From Candidatus Sulfomarinibacteraceae bacterium (GTDB taxonomy: Bacteria > Acidobacteriota > Thermoanaerobaculia > Thermoanaerobaculales > Sulfomarinibacteraceae), in contig CAWCLO010000001.1 of NCBI GenBank assembly GCA_963796455.1, positions 704,001 through 768,000 on the forward strand: 64,000 nt of DNA, in the 5' to 3' direction. The notes beneath the pieces are model-generated. The model ran no database searches, was not told the origin of the DNA, and was given only the letters and a program-made list of their open reading frames with translations. Within the stretch, counting starts at the first letter, position 1. Each line of letters starts with the position of its first letter. Of the stretch, positions 1 through 11,573 are shown piece by piece. The position numbers were made by a program, and so were the translations under genes.

Positions 1-11
1 GATAAGAAGCG

Positions 12-51
12 CCGAACTCCGAACTCCGAACTCCGAACTCCGAACTCCGAA
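12..51. repeat. Heptamer tandem repeat (CCGAACT)x5 plus a partial unit
   Basis: Five perfect CCGAACT units at 12-46, then CCGAA; related units occur at 7.7 kb and 61.1 kb. Confidence 0.95.
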
Positions 52-67
52 TCAACTCCTTTATGCG

Positions 68-1435
68 CTAGCTACTCGCCCACTCCAGCGCCCTTGCCGG
101 GTCCTCGGCGAGCAGATCCACAAGATCGTCGGTCGGCATCCGGCCGTTGGCCGTAAAGTGCTGGAGGTAGGCCTCGGTCGCCGCCAGTGCTTCGTCACCG
201 ATAAAGTCCGGCGGCATTCTCCGGGCCCCATCGAGTCCGATTTGCCACAACCGACACGCCAGATCCCGTATCTCGAGATCACGGACGCCATCAATCGCCG
301 CCCGCCGCCAGAGATCAGGCAGGCCGATTCGCTGGGGCCCGAGCAGGTCGAGAGCCTCGGATCGGGCACGGTCATCGTAGAAAAGTGCCGCCATCAGCAT
401 CACGGGCGCCTGGCGCCAGCGGTCGGGCAGCGCCTCGCCGGCACGGAGTTCGAGAAAGCCCCGGGGGCGAACCTCGAAGAAAAGGGTGGTCAGGTGGTAG
501 AGAAGATCGTCTCGGGTCGGCCATCCCCACCTCGGATGCCCGTCTTCGATCCACTTGATGAAACTGCAACCCGTGCAACCGGGTTCAAATTGGCCGTCTC
601 CGGTCCGGTAGATCATCACATCGGCTTCGAGGGCCGCCTGGCCCCATTCCAACCTCGGGTCATCGCCCCGGCCCTCGGTCAGCAGCCGAGGAAACCCACT
701 CCGGGTCGGGTCGAGCTCCTGCCACGCACGCGCCCGGCTGCAGACTGCGCCGAGCCCGGGACTGCAGGCAAAGGTCGCGGTCATCATCGGGCTCGCGAGA
801 TTGGCCAGCAACCACCGTTGCTGCCATACGTCTTCAGGGCCGAGGTCGAGGTTGATCTGAAGGCTCGCGGTATGGCGCATCATGATCGCGCCCCAATGCC
901 CCCGCTGCCGATAATAGGCCGCCTGAGCCGTATAACGGCCGGCGCGGAGCTGCTGCGGAACGGTTTCGACATCGTGCCACACATCAATCCCGATCGCCGC
1001 CAGCGCTACCTGGTGGCTCGCGAAGGCCGCACGCAGCCGGCTGAGGATCGTGTCGAGATCGACGAAAGCGCTCCGGACGCTTGGGTAGACAGGAGTCGAA
1101 TACTCCACCTGGGCCCCGGGTTCGAAGGTGATCCGTCCGCCACCCTCGACCGGAAATTCCAGTGGGCCCTTCGAGGGGTCGGAAGGCGCCCCAAAATGCC
1201 GGTCGGACGCAGCCAACTGGTCGACGATCTCGAGAACACCGAATCCTCCGGGCTGGGTCAACGTCAGCCGCGCCTCAGGACGACGCTTCGGTCCGTATTT
1301 GATGGGGAAAAATTCCGGCTCGAGACCGATCCCCCCGACGAGAGGGCCGGGGCCTGGTGTGGGAAAGGCGTTGCAGCCCGCCAGTTCCCTGGCTTCATCC
1401 ACCGAAATTGCGGTTGATCGATCCTTCGTCGGCAT
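68..1435 (-). CDS. Glutamate-cysteine ligase family 2 (GCS2, EgtA-like)
   Basis: GIGLEPEFF, ITFEPGAQVEYST, MMRHTASLQINLD and HLTTLFFEVRPRGFLELR motifs. Confidence 0.85.
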   Translation of the reverse strand: MPTKDRSTAISVDEARELAGCNAFPTPGPGPLVGGIGLEPEFFPIKYGPKRRPEARLTLTQPGGFGVLEIVDQLAASDRHFGAPSDPSKGPLEFPVEGGGRITFEPGAQVEYSTPVYPSVRSAFVDLDTILSRLRAAFASHQVALAAIGIDVWHDVETVPQQLRAGRYTAQAAYYRQRGHWGAIMMRHTASLQINLDLGPEDVWQQRWLLANLASPMMTATFACSPGLGAVCSRARAWQELDPTRSGFPRLLTEGRGDDPRLEWGQAALEADVMIYRTGDGQFEPGCTGCSFIKWIEDGHPRWGWPTRDDLLYHLTTLFFEVRPRGFLELRAGEALPDRWRQAPVMLMAALFYDDRARSEALDLLGPQRIGLPDLWRRAAIDGVRDLEIRDLACRLWQIGLDGARRMPPDFIGDEALAATEAYLQHFTANGRMPTDDLVDLLAEDPARALEWASS

Positions 1436-1488
1436 GGTCCTGCACGATACACGGAGATGGGCCTGATGCCAATACCCACCGGAACAAC

Positions 1489-1636
1489 GGCTATGAGGAA
1501 AATGGGGCTATGAGGGGTGGGGCTAAAAAACGACCCCCTGCGGCAATAATTCCAAATAGCCGTATAGCCAGGGAGCGGAGCGGCTGATCATCGCCTCACA
1601 GCCAGGCCGCGATGCGGCCGATCACGCCCTCATAGC
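1489..1636. repeat. Degenerate inverted short-unit repeat (GGCTATGAG ... CTCATAGC)
   Basis: GGCTATGAG twice plus GGCTA on the left; TAGCC, TATAGCC, CTCACAGCC and CTCATAGC on the right. Confidence 0.45.
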
Positions 1637-1637
1637 G

Positions 1638-1665
1638 AAAAAAACGCGGCCGAAGCCGCGTTTTT
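1638..1665. terminator. Intrinsic terminator hairpin, potentially bidirectional
   Basis: A-run, CGCGGC-CGAA-GCCGCG stem-loop and T-run just downstream of the cytochrome gene. Confidence 0.8.
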
Positions 1666-1682
1666 GTAAAGAGCTGTCGAGC

Positions 1683-2153
1683 TTATTCGCCCGGCGGATT
1701 CTTGAATTCGTGAATGGCCTTTTTGTTGTTCAGGTTGTCCGCCAGGACAACCTTGCTGGCGTGGTCGTCACCCGTGTGGCAACCATCGCAGGTGGCCTGA
1801 GTCGGAATCTCGAGACCATTGGCCATCGCCGTCTCACGGTCCTTCATAATGCTCATCTTCTTGTAGTCGCCACCGGCTCCGTGACAGGCTTCGCACTGGA
1901 CACCAGCGGTTTCCTCACTGGCATTGGTGGCATGGCACTTGAGGCAGTCAGCCGAGAACTCACGATCGGGTGAGGCCTTGGCCACCTCGGTGGCTTTGGC
2001 GTGAGAGGTGGCCTCCCACGAGGCGAACTGTACCTTATGGCACATTTTACATTTTGCGGCACCCGCAAAGGCATGATCCTGCGCCGAGGCGTTGGTCGCA
2101 ACCAAAGCAATTGTCGCTACCGCGAGGACCAACCAAAGATTCTTGTTTCGCAT
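1683..2153 (-). CDS. Periplasmic tetraheme cytochrome c (c554-like)
   Basis: Signal peptide MRNKNLWLVL; four CxxCH motifs (CKMCH, CLKCH, CEACH, CDGCH); GGAGG RBS. Confidence 0.9.
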   Translation of the reverse strand: MRNKNLWLVLAVATIALVATNASAQDHAFAGAAKCKMCHKVQFASWEATSHAKATEVAKASPDREFSADCLKCHATNASEETAGVQCEACHGAGGDYKKMSIMKDRETAMANGLEIPTQATCDGCHTGDDHASKVVLADNLNNKKAIHEFKNPPGE

Positions 2154-2364
2154 CACTATCCTCCGTTTCTTCCGTGCGTTTTGAACGCCCGACGAGCCTA
2201 ACATTGTCGCAACTGGTGTTCAACAACGACACTGTTGTGACATACGAAAAACCAATCAATTCTATTCCGCGAACCACGCCATGACAAGACTGTCCGGCCA
2301 CCATATCAACGACTAAGTTATTGAAAAAATAATTACTTGAACGAGAAAAAGACGATACACGCGG

Positions 2365-5000
2365 TTACCAACGGTCCGGATCGAGGCCCTCGAAGACCTG
2401 CAGACCGCTGAGCGTGGTCCTTCGGTTGAAAATCAGCTCGCCGGTCTGCGGGCTGACGGTCAGCGGTAGGTGTTCCAGATGTGAACTCGGCGGCCTCCCG
2501 AGATCGAGCACCGCGCGAAGCCTCCACTGCCAGATTCCCGGTTCCGCCTCCCACAGTTCGAGATCCTGAATGTTTCGTCGGAGCTGCCACAATCGTGAAC
2601 CGTCGGCACTCCACACCATGCGGGTCGGCTCGAGCCCGATCTTGATCGGTGTCCCACCCTGTGCCGGAACCACCCACGCACCCTGATCGGGATCCGACTT
2701 CTGAGTCCACACCGAATAGGCTATCCACGCACCATCAGGGCTCCAGCGCGGATAATCGCCGCCGCCGGGAGTCAGTAAAGAGGGCTCACCTCCCGCCGAG
2801 GACACGACCCAGATCTTTATCGGCGATCCAGCCGCATAGGTCAGAAAACGGCCATCCGGCGACCAACTGGGAAATTCTGAGGCTTCCACGTCGCTGGCGA
2901 GGGTTACCGCCTGGCCTCCCGACCGCGAAATCACTCTGAGCATCGTGCCGCCCTCCGCCGACTGAGCCAGATAGGCAACCCGTCCGCTATCTGGGGAGAT
3001 CGATGGGCAGGATGCATCTTCCGTCGGCTGGCTGATCGCCTCCTCGACGCCGGACGCCTCGCGCAGGAAGATCGTGGCAGAGCCGGCGACATAACGGCGA
3101 TAGGCGACGATGCCCTGGCGATCTGTGCTCCCCCAGCCGCTGTCCTGAACGCCACACATGAGACAATTCCAGCCCTGGCCATCAGGATCAACGGCAACAA
3201 GGTCATTCGTGGTGTTGCGGCGAACCACCGCAAGGCGTTCACCATCCGCTGACAAGGCGGGATGCCACAAACGATCCAGCCTCGGGATCAAGGGCGATGC
3301 CCGACCTTTAGCTACCCACATCAATTGTCCGTCGACCGAAGCCAATAGAGATTTCCCAGAGGGAGCCCACCCGATGCCATAGACCTGTTTCCCCGGATTC
3401 AACCAGGAAACCACCTGATCATCGAGCTCTCGAACCACAAAAATGCTGTCTGGGACCCCGGCCGGTCCAGCAAGCAACGCGAAGCCGCCTCCCGGTCGGG
3501 GTATGGCTCGATACCACGAGCGATCGGCTTCGGACTCCCGCATGCGGGTCGTCTCATGAAGAGCCAGGGAGTATCTGAAGAGGCTGAAGCCGCCCTCGGG
3601 GCCTTCCCGGGAAAAAGAAACGAATCGGAATCGAGCCACGCACCACCCCCCGCATTGATGATCTCGGCAGTGGCCTGGCCGCCCACCGAAGGAATCACCC
3701 GCAACGACGATTCGCCCGCGGTCACGACCTCCACGAGCAATCCTTTGCCATCGGGAGAAAACTGAGGCAGGCTGAAGGCTTCCATCCCCGAACCTTCGAT
3801 CAGACTTCGCACAGCGCCGGTCGCGCCGTCGACGATCACCACATCGCTGCTCCCGATCCGGTTCCGCGCCACCGCCAACTCATCGCTGGCAGGGTGCCAA
3901 CTGGGATCCGAGAGGGTGCCGACGGTCTCGAGGAGCGTGCGAACCCGCCAATTGCCGGGATCGGGTCGGATCGGCTCGGTGCCCCAACGACCAAACAAAA
4001 GTCCGGCAGCCAACCCACCGATCAAGGCGGCTCCGGCCAGCAGCCCTACCCGGACCGCGAGCTGCCGCCGCCGTTTGACCACTGCCAGGATCTTGGCCGA
4101 ACTGACGGCCATCGTCGGGGCTTCCGCCAGGCTGACCGCATCGGTGCCTTGAAAAACCGACAGATCGGCGGCGAGATCGAGGCTCGATCGGTAGCGGCGT
4201 TTGGGCTCTCGCGCCATACACCTTTCGACCACCGCAATCAGTTCGGGCGGCGTCTCGGGCGCCACGTCCGCCAGCGGTCGATAGTCCGTGCGAACGACGG
4301 ATTGCAGGACCTGCATCGGTGTCGGGCCGTCAAACGCACGCCGCCCGGACAAGGTCTCATAGAGCACAGCACCGAGAGAGAATATGTCCGAGGCAAAGGA
4401 CACTCCCTTGCCGAGGGCCTGCTCAGGAGCCATGTAGGGGCACGAGCCGAGGACCATTCCCGGCGAGGTCAGCGATTCAACCGGGGTCTCACCATCCATC
4501 TGGGCGAGTCGAGCGAGACCGAAATCGAGCACGGTGACGTGGCCGCCGTCTCCGACCATCACATTCGAAGGTTTGAGATCACGGTGGATCACGCCGACCT
4601 CGTGGGCGGCGGCGAGGGCGAGTGCAACCTGTTCCACGATCCGGGCCGCCAGCCTCGGAGGAAGCGGGCCGTCCTGAACCATCTCATTGAGTGAGCGTCC
4701 ATTGACCAGTTCCATCACCAGATAGGGCAGGTCTTCACCGACTCCTGGATCAAAGGTTCCGACGTCGTGGATGCCGACCACATTCGGGTGGTGGAGCCGC
4801 GCCATTGCCCGTGCTTCGCGCTCGAAGCGGCGTGCCGCAGAGGGTTCATTGACCAGGATGTGCGGCAGGAGTTTGAGCGCCACTTCGCGGTCGAGACGCT
4901 CGTCCCACGCCGCCCACACCGTGCCCATGCCGCCACGGGCGAGCCGCCTGTCGAGGCGGAATCGCCAGATCCGCATACCGGGCTTGAGTTCGGTGACCAT
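2365..5000 (-). pseudogene. Ser/Thr protein kinase with TM helix and TolB-like beta-propeller, split by a 1-nt frameshift near 3612
   Basis: Kinase motifs (GGMGTV, HRDLKPSN, DFG, YMAPE) in ORF 3399-5003. PD40-like SPDG repeats continue in ORF 2365-3639. Adding one T to a T5 run fuses the frames (FLF-SREG). May be a sequencing error. Confidence 0.8.
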
Positions 5001-5047
5001 CAAAAACCATCATACGACGGTCGCGGGCCCGTTACATGAGGCGTCAC

Positions 5048-7054
5048 TCAGCTATTGCGCTCGACGAGCAGCAGAGTTAGGTCATCGGCCAGGGGTGTGC
5101 CGCCGGTATGAGAGGCGAAAGCCTTCTGGATCAGCGCGGTGATCCCGATCCCGGATAGGGCGCCGATTCCATCCAGAATTCCGGCCAGGCGCTCGTACCC
5201 AAAGGGCTCGCCGTCCTCCGACAGCGCCTCGACCAGGCCGTCCGAATACAACAGCAGATGGGAAGCCACCGGGAACGGTCTTACGATGGTTTTCGAACCG
5301 CAGAGGCGGGTTCCCAAAGGCAGGGATCCAGCCATGAGCTCCTCAGATCTGCCGTCGGGATCGATCAAAAAGGCTGGCGGGTGACCCGCGTTCGTTATGG
5401 AGACCCGATCGGCAGCCAGATCGAAATCAATCACCGACAGGGTTACCATGGTCCGTTCGGGTCGATTTTCGGTTAGAACGAGATTGACCTTTTGGATCAA
5501 CTCGGCTCCGCCGTAACCTTCCCGAACCAGCGCTGCCACCGACGATTTGAGGCTCGCCATCAGCAGACCGGTGGCAAGGCCATGACCGGCCACGTCACCG
5601 ATGGTGACGATCATTCGGTCGCCGGAAAGCGAAAAGATATCAAAATAGTCGCCGCCGACTTCGGCCGCGGGTTGGAAGGTCGCCCGCACCGTCAACCCTC
5701 CGACTTCGAGGTGGCGGGCGGGCAGCAGGCTCTCCTGGATCTCCCGCGCCAGCTCCAACTCATTCGCAAGTCTTTCTTTTTCGGCCACATCGGCGATCAT
5801 CGATTGAACCGAATCGGTCATCTGGTTGAAGGACACCGCCAGGTCGCCGAGTTGATCACGGCGCTTGACCGGGACGCGGTAATCGAGATTGCCGAGTTCG
5901 ACTTCCCTGGCACCCCTGGAAAGCCGGGCCGTCGATCGGGCAATCGACATGATGACCGTTGCCGCTGCAACAAGCACCATGCCGTAACCGAGGAGAAACA
6001 GGGCCCCGAGACCGGCGAGCACACCCCACAGCTCGGTGCGGAGTTCATACTCCGAGAGCGTGAAATCGTCCCAGACGTTTTTTGGCGAGGTCCGCAGGAG
6101 CGCAAAGGACCGGCCGTCGCCAATCGCTTCTCCGGTTTCGAGATCGACGAGATTCGATACCATCCGAAACCAGACCACATAAGGCTTGGAAAACAGACCG
6201 TCTTCGCCGTCGGTCCACGGTTGCCAGAGCTTTTCATCGCCAATCGTCGTGCCGTCGACCGTGAACCGCACCGCACCCTCACCTTCGTCAACGACCTGAG
6301 GACCACCGATAGCCGGTTCTTGCTCTTCCTCCACGATCGATTCGAATTCTGCGTCACTCACACCGTCATCGATGAAGGCGATGTCGAACCACCATTGGGA
6401 ACTCAGATCGGCGGCCGTCACATCGTCAAAGGGGATCATGGCCGCCACCCAGTCGCCGTTGGCCGCTCGGTTGGCGGTGATGCCGAATATCTCGGTCTGA
6501 TGATGGGCAACCCAGAACGAAGTGCCTTCGGGGAGCCATTCCAGCTCGGGGCGAAAGTCTTCATCGGTGAGCGCGATATCGCGATCTCCGAGGTGGGCCC
6601 GCCACAACACACGGGTCAAAGGATCGGGCGGATCTGAATGGAACTTTTCGAGGTCCGTCACAGCAGCCTCGATGCCCTCCGATCGAGCGGCTGTCAGCAC
6701 GATCGCACCCTCGCCACCGAGGGTCCAATAGAATCGATCGAATTCGGAACCGACCCTCACCGAGGTGTACTGGCCCATCATGATGTAGAGGCCGATGGCG
6801 GCAAACGCGGCCGCAAAGAGTACCGGCAAAACGCCGACCAACAAAAAGGTCATGGCGAGACGCACTCCGACGCGGTAGGTCATCCATCGCCACAACCACC
6901 ACACGAGAACGGCGCCGCTTGCCAGCAGCCAGAGCACCGAAAAGATTGACAGCACTTCAGTGAGTTGGGCCGCCCGGGCGACGACAGACACCAGCGCAGT
7001 CGTCACGAGGAGGATCGCGCCGCCGATCCACCACCAGCGACGGCGGATATTCAT
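5048..7054 (-). CDS. Membrane PP2C/SpoIIE-family phosphatase with HAMP domain
   Basis: TM helices, HAMP ([15 protein letters not shown]), GGDYFD, DVAGHG, LYSDGL and DDLT motifs. Confidence 0.9.
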   Translation of the reverse strand: MNIRRRWWWIGGAILLVTTALVSVVARAAQLTEVLSIFSVLWLLASGAVLVWWLWRWMTYRVGVRLAMTFLLVGVLPVLFAAAFAAIGLYIMMGQYTSVRVGSEFDRFYWTLGGEGAIVLTAARSEGIEAAVTDLEKFHSDPPDPLTRVLWRAHLGDRDIALTDEDFRPELEWLPEGTSFWVAHHQTEIFGITANRAANGDWVAAMIPFDDVTAADLSSQWWFDIAFIDDGVSDAEFESIVEEEQEPAIGGPQVVDEGEGAVRFTVDGTTIGDEKLWQPWTDGEDGLFSKPYVVWFRMVSNLVDLETGEAIGDGRSFALLRTSPKNVWDDFTLSEYELRTELWGVLAGLGALFLLGYGMVLVAAATVIMSIARSTARLSRGAREVELGNLDYRVPVKRRDQLGDLAVSFNQMTDSVQSMIADVAEKERLANELELAREIQESLLPARHLEVGGLTVRATFQPAAEVGGDYFDIFSLSGDRMIVTIGDVAGHGLATGLLMASLKSSVAALVREGYGGAELIQKVNLVLTENRPERTMVTLSVIDFDLAADRVSITNAGHPPAFLIDPDGRSEELMAGSLPLGTRLCGSKTIVRPFPVASHLLLYSDGLVEALSEDGEPFGYERLAGILDGIGALSGIGITALIQKAFASHTGGTPLADDLTLLLVERNS

Positions 7055-7674
7055 TGCCTCTCCGAGTCCGAATCTTCAACTGGGGGAATCAGCCACGGTT
7101 CGCTCGCCGGCGGTGCGCCATCGGGCTCGTGGCAGCGCCGGCACCGGGCCTCGTAGGCCCCCGTGGCGCCCACCACAACCAATTCGTCGGATTCGATCAA
7201 GCGCTGGGTATAGGCAGCCGGTGAACCACAAGAGGTACAGATCGCGTGGATCTTGTGGACCTCTTCGGCGATCGCGAGAAGCTTCGGCATCGGGCCAAAC
7301 GGGACTCCCCGGTAGTCCATGTCGAGACCCGCGGCGATCACTCTTTTTCCAAGGTTGGCAAGATGACTCAACACCGCCGGCAGCCCGTCGTCGAAGAACT
7401 GCGCCTCGTCGATTCCGACGACCTCGGTCCGGGGATCGAGGCGGGGTCTGATCTCATCGCTGCGCTCGACCAACTCGCACGGGACCCTCATCTGCGAGTG
7501 CGACACGACATCGCCTTCGGAATAACGGTTATCGAGCCGTGGCTTGAAGACCTGCACACGCTGTCGTGCAATCGCCGATCGTTTGAGGAGCCGGATCAGC
7601 TCCTCGGACTTGCCCGAAAACATGGGTCCGGCGATGACCTCGATCCACCCGGCACCGGGACGCGTGGGATTCAT
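7051..7674 (-). CDS. tdk: Thymidine kinase
   Basis: [12 protein letters not shown]-loop, IDEAQF, zinc-binding Cys motifs, YEARCRRC. Confidence 0.97.
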   Translation of the reverse strand: MNPTRPGAGWIEVIAGPMFSGKSEELIRLLKRSAIARQRVQVFKPRLDNRYSEGDVVSHSQMRVPCELVERSDEIRPRLDPRTEVVGIDEAQFFDDGLPAVLSHLANLGKRVIAAGLDMDYRGVPFGPMPKLLAIAEEVHKIHAICTSCGSPAAYTQRLIESDELVVVGATGAYEARCRRCHEPDGAPPASEPWLIPPVEDSDSERQ

Positions 7675-7714
7675 CGATGCGCTCCCTTCGAGGAAGATAG
7701 AGTATCAAGGTTTT

Positions 7715-7816
7715 AATTCGAATTTGGGATTTGGAAATTGGGATTTTCACCCGCAAATTGGCATCGTACAACGACGGCGGACAAAAATCCGAAATCCGAA
7801 ATCCGAATTTCAAAAT
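7715..7816. repeat. Inverted pair of heptamer arrays (ATTTGGG-like / CCGAAAT)
   Basis: Left arm 7715-7747 and right arm 7784-7816 flank a short spacer between lpdA and tdk. Confidence 0.8.
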
Positions 7817-7830
7817 CAGCGCCGGAGGCG

Positions 7831-9246
7831 CTACTTGTTCACCATATGCACCGCCTGGCCGAGGGCGGCTTCGATGGCTTCCTGGAAAGCCTCGGACATG
7901 GTCGGGTGCGGGTGGATGGTGAGGGCCACGTCCTCGAGAAAGGCGCCCATCTCCAGAGCCAGGGTGGCCTCGCCGATGAACTCGCTGACACCTCGTCCGA
8001 CCGCCACCACTCCGAGAAGTTGCTTGGTCTCGGCGTCGGCAATGGCCTTGACGAACCCGTCGGTGCTGTCGAGGGACATGGCGCGGCCCGAGGCCTTGAA
8101 CTGGAAGGTTCCGGTGACGACGTCATAACCCTTGGACTTCGCCTCTTCCTCACCCAAACCGGCCCAAGCCACCTCGGGATCGGTGTAGATCACGGCCGGT
8201 ATGATGCTGTCAAAGGCCGCCGGTTCGCCGCAAATCACCTCGGCAGCCACCTTGGCTTCTTGATAAGCCTTGTGGGCGAGCAAGGCTCCACCAACCACGT
8301 CGCCGATGGCATAGATCCCCGGAGCCGAGGTCTGCATCTTGTCGTTGGCGATGATGAAGCCCTTTTCATCGGTGGCAACACCCGCCGCCTCGAGACCGAG
8401 ATTCTCGGTATTTGGCACCCGTCCGACGCTCATCATTACGACATCCGCTTCGAGCCGCACCTCGTCGTCCTTGGGACCACGGACGACCACCGTCGATGGA
8501 TCTCCCGGCTCGAAGGACTCGGCGCGATGGTTCACCAACAATTTCACTTTGAGCTTCTTGAGCTGACGGGTCAGGGCCTTGCCGACCTCGGCGTCGAGGT
8601 TCGGGACAATGGCCGGAAGGAACTCTACAACCGTTACCTTGGTTCCGAGTTTGGCGTAGACACTGCCGAGCTCGAGACCGATATAGCCGCCGCCGATCAC
8701 CACCATCCGATCCGGCACCGCGTTGAGAGACAGGGCTTCGGTTGAACCGATGATCTTCACGCCATCATGAGGAAAGCTCTCGAGCTGCATCGGCCGCGAA
8801 CCGGTGGCGATCACCGCCTGCTCGAACTCGATCTCGAGTGGTCCATCCTCGGCGGCGACAGTCAATTTCCGATCCGAGAGAAACTCGGCCGCGCCGTGCA
8901 CAACCTCGACGCCGTTCTTTTCACACAAAAAGGCGACGCCGGAGGTCAGACGTTCGACGATGCCGTCTTTCCACGACACCATTTTCGTCATATCGACATG
9001 CAGGCCCTCGACCGAAACACCCATGTTTTCGGCGTGCTTCGCCTCGTGAGCGAGATCCGAGGCGTGGATCATTGCCTTGGAGGGGATGCAACCGACGTTG
9101 AGACAAACGCCGCCGAGAGACGACGCTCTTTCAACCAGGATGACGTCCTTGCCGAGCTGCGCGAGCCTGATCGCGGCCACATAGCCGCCCGGACCGGCAC
9201 CGATCACTACAACCTGACACCCACGGGATACGGAACCAACAACCAT
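7831..9246 (-). CDS. lpdA: Dihydrolipoyl dehydrogenase (E3)
   Basis: GAGPGGY, GGVCLNVGCIPSK and HPHPTMSE motifs. Confidence 0.97.
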   Translation of the reverse strand: MVVGSVSRGCQVVVIGAGPGGYVAAIRLAQLGKDVILVERASSLGGVCLNVGCIPSKAMIHASDLAHEAKHAENMGVSVEGLHVDMTKMVSWKDGIVERLTSGVAFLCEKNGVEVVHGAAEFLSDRKLTVAAEDGPLEIEFEQAVIATGSRPMQLESFPHDGVKIIGSTEALSLNAVPDRMVVIGGGYIGLELGSVYAKLGTKVTVVEFLPAIVPNLDAEVGKALTRQLKKLKVKLLVNHRAESFEPGDPSTVVVRGPKDDEVRLEADVVMMSVGRVPNTENLGLEAAGVATDEKGFIIANDKMQTSAPGIYAIGDVVGGALLAHKAYQEAKVAAEVICGEPAAFDSIIPAVIYTDPEVAWAGLGEEEAKSKGYDVVTGTFQFKASGRAMSLDSTDGFVKAIADAETKQLLGVVAVGRGVSEFIGEATLALEMGAFLEDVALTIHPHPTMSEAFQEAIEAALGQAVHMVNK

Positions 9247-10481
9247 TACAACCTCGCCATCAAAAGCATCGGATCGGAAATCAGCCCGGTCATATCGCTC
9301 ATGAACCGGGCGGCCTCCGCACCATCGACATACCGGTGATCAAAAGAAATGCTGAGATACATCATCTTGCGGATCGCGATCTCGCCGTCCACAACCTCCG
9401 GTCTCTCCTTGATCGCGTGCAGACCGACAATCGCGAGTTCGGGCTGATTGATGATCGGAGTTGCAAAGACCCCACCGAGGGGCCCGATATTGGTGATCGT
9501 GCAGCTCCCGCCCTTGAGCTCGTCGAGACCGAGTTGACGCGAGCGGGCCCGCTCGGCCTTATCCGCCACTTCAGCCGCGATTTCGACCATGTCCTTGGAA
9601 TCCGCATCCCGGATCACAGGCACGATCAAACCCTCCGGCGTATCGACCGCCACGCCGATGTTGTAGTACTTCTTGAGCAGAATCTCACCCCGTTCCTCAT
9701 CGACCGAAGCATTGAAGATCGGATACTTTTTGAGGGTCACCACGAGGGCCTTGATAAAAAACGGCAACAAGGTGAAGCGTGTCCCGGTGCGCTCCTCGAT
9801 CACGGGCTTGGATCGTTTGTAGTGCGCCACCAGATCCGTGACATCCGCCTCGTCGACGTGGGTCACGTGCGCCGACACCTGCTTGGACTGACGCATGGCA
9901 TTGGCGATGATCTTGCGCAGGTGGGTGATCGGCACCCGTTCGACCTCACCGTCAGCAGTGACCTGGGCATTGCCCACCACTGGAGCAGGCCCGGTTGAAA
10001 CGGTGGCTCCACCCTTGGCGGCACGCTCCACATCCTCATCACTGATCCGGCCATTCGAACCGCTGCCTTGGACCCGCTCGAGATCGACGCCGAGTTTGCG
10101 GGCCAGGGCGCGGGTCTTGGGGGTCGCCAGCGGACGGCGGCCGTCGGTCGGTTGAGCAGGTGCGGGAGTGGCCTCTTGCGGCGGGGCAGCGGGCGCGGTC
10201 TCGAGGCCCGCGGTCGGCGCCTCCTCAGCCCCAAGGTCTTCACCGACCTCGCCGATGGTCACCAACGCATCGCCGACCAGGATGTCCGCCTCAGCCGCCG
10301 CGTGGAGCTTGAGCACGGTTCCTTCGTGGGGCGATGGAAGCTCGACCACCGCCTTGTCGGTTTCGACCTTGACCAGTGCCTGATCCTCGGCGACCGTGTC
10401 ACCCTCGGACACCAGCCATTCCACAATCCGCCCCTCGTGGATTCCTTCTCCCACATCGGGGAATTTGAAAACGAACGCCAT
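9246..10481 (-). CDS. 2-oxoacid dehydrogenase E2 (dihydrolipoamide acyltransferase)
   Basis: Lipoyl domain ETDKAVVE, E3-binding domain, catalytic FDHRYVDG. Confidence 0.95.
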   Translation of the reverse strand: MAFVFKFPDVGEGIHEGRIVEWLVSEGDTVAEDQALVKVETDKAVVELPSPHEGTVLKLHAAAEADILVGDALVTIGEVGEDLGAEEAPTAGLETAPAAPPQEATPAPAQPTDGRRPLATPKTRALARKLGVDLERVQGSGSNGRISDEDVERAAKGGATVSTGPAPVVGNAQVTADGEVERVPITHLRKIIANAMRQSKQVSAHVTHVDEADVTDLVAHYKRSKPVIEERTGTRFTLLPFFIKALVVTLKKYPIFNASVDEERGEILLKKYYNIGVAVDTPEGLIVPVIRDADSKDMVEIAAEVADKAERARSRQLGLDELKGGSCTITNIGPLGGVFATPIINQPELAIVGLHAIKERPEVVDGEIAIRKMMYLSISFDHRYVDGAEAARFMSDMTGLISDPMLLMARL

Positions 10482-10550
10482 CTTCAGCCCCTCTTCGTCG
10501 TCGTGATTGTCGCGCCAAGATCACATGGTAATGGATCGGCCGCGATCGGA

Positions 10551-11573
10551 TTAGAAATTCATGACCTTTTCAACCGCCGCGACGATTCGCGCGCGCGAGG
10601 GCAGGTAGTGCTTCTCGTTCTGGGCGAGCGGGAAAATGGTGTCATAACCCGCCACCCGCTGCACCGGGGCCTCGAGTTGCAGCAGTGCATGCTCCATGAT
10701 CTGAGCCGATATTTCCGCACCAAAACCGGCAGTCCTCGGTGCCTCGTGCACCACTACGGCGCGACCCGTCTTGACCACGCTGGCCAGCAGGGTGTCGCGA
10801 TCGAGTGGATTGAGGGTTCGCAGGTCTACGACCTCGGCGCTGATATCTGCCCGTGCCAGAACTTCTGATGCATCGAGACACACGCGAACCATGGCACCCC
10901 ACGCGATCAGAGTGACATCGGTGCCCTCGCGCGGCACCGCCGCCTCGCCGATCGGCACCGTGTAGCTTTCCGCCGGGACCGCCTCCCGAAATGCCCGGTA
11001 GATACGCTTTGGCTCCATGAAGAGCACCGGATCCTCGTCCCGAATCGCCGAGGTCAAAAGCCCCTTGGCGTCGTAGGGGTTTGACGGCACCACGACCTTG
11101 AAACCAGGGGTGTTCAGAAAAAGCGCTTCGTAGCTCTCCGAGTGGTGCTCGGGCGGGTGAATACCGCCGCCATAGGGCATTCGAACCACCATAGGGCAGG
11201 TGAGGCGACCGCGGGTCCGGTTTCGCATCCGTGCCGCGTGGCCGAAAAGTTGGTTGATGGCCGGGTAGACAAAACCCATGAACTGGATCTCGGCCACCGG
11301 CCGGAACCCGGTTGCGGCGAGACCCACCGACATGCCGATGATCGAGCTCTCCGCGAGCGGTGTATCGATCACCCGCTCGGACCCGAAGGCCTCGATCAGA
11401 CCATCGGTGGCACGGAAGACGCCGCCGTCGACACCCACGTCCTCTCCCAGGACCAGCACCGTCTCGTCGCGTTCCATTTCCTGCATCATGGCGTCGCGCA
11501 CCGCGTTGGCGATGGTCTGTTTCTCGGTGGCGACTTCAGGGACCGCGTGAAGCTGTCGTTCCCGGGTGCTCAT
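10551..11573 (-). CDS. pdhB: 2-oxoacid (pyruvate or branched-chain) dehydrogenase E1 beta
   Basis: GEDVGVDGGVFRAT, DTPLAES and EHHSES motifs; operon context. Confidence 0.9.
   Translation of the reverse strand: MSTRERQLHAVPEVATEKQTIANAVRDAMMQEMERDETVLVLGEDVGVDGGVFRATDGLIEAFGSERVIDTPLAESSIIGMSVGLAATGFRPVAEIQFMGFVYPAINQLFGHAARMRNRTRGRLTCPMVVRMPYGGGIHPPEHHSESYEALFLNTPGFKVVVPSNPYDAKGLLTSAIRDEDPVLFMEPKRIYRAFREAVPAESYTVPIGEAAVPREGTDVTLIAWGAMVRVCLDASEVLARADISAEVVDLRTLNPLDRDTLLASVVKTGRAVVVHEAPRTAGFGAEISAQIMEHALLQLEAPVQRVAGYDTIFPLAQNEKHYLPSRARIVAAVEKVMNF

Noticed and set aside
12..51. Regular repeats as a possible CRISPR array
   Set aside because: These are 7-bp head-to-tail units with no spacers, and no cas genes are in the window.
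2200..2345. AT-rich region upstream of the cytochrome gene as a Rex/FNR operator
   Set aside because: Only partial half-sites are present, with no convincing palindrome of the right spacing.
3600..3625. Programmed -1 frameshift in the kinase gene
   Set aside because: The codons CTT TTT CCC do not form an X XXY YYZ slippery site; a homopolymer indel is the simpler explanation.
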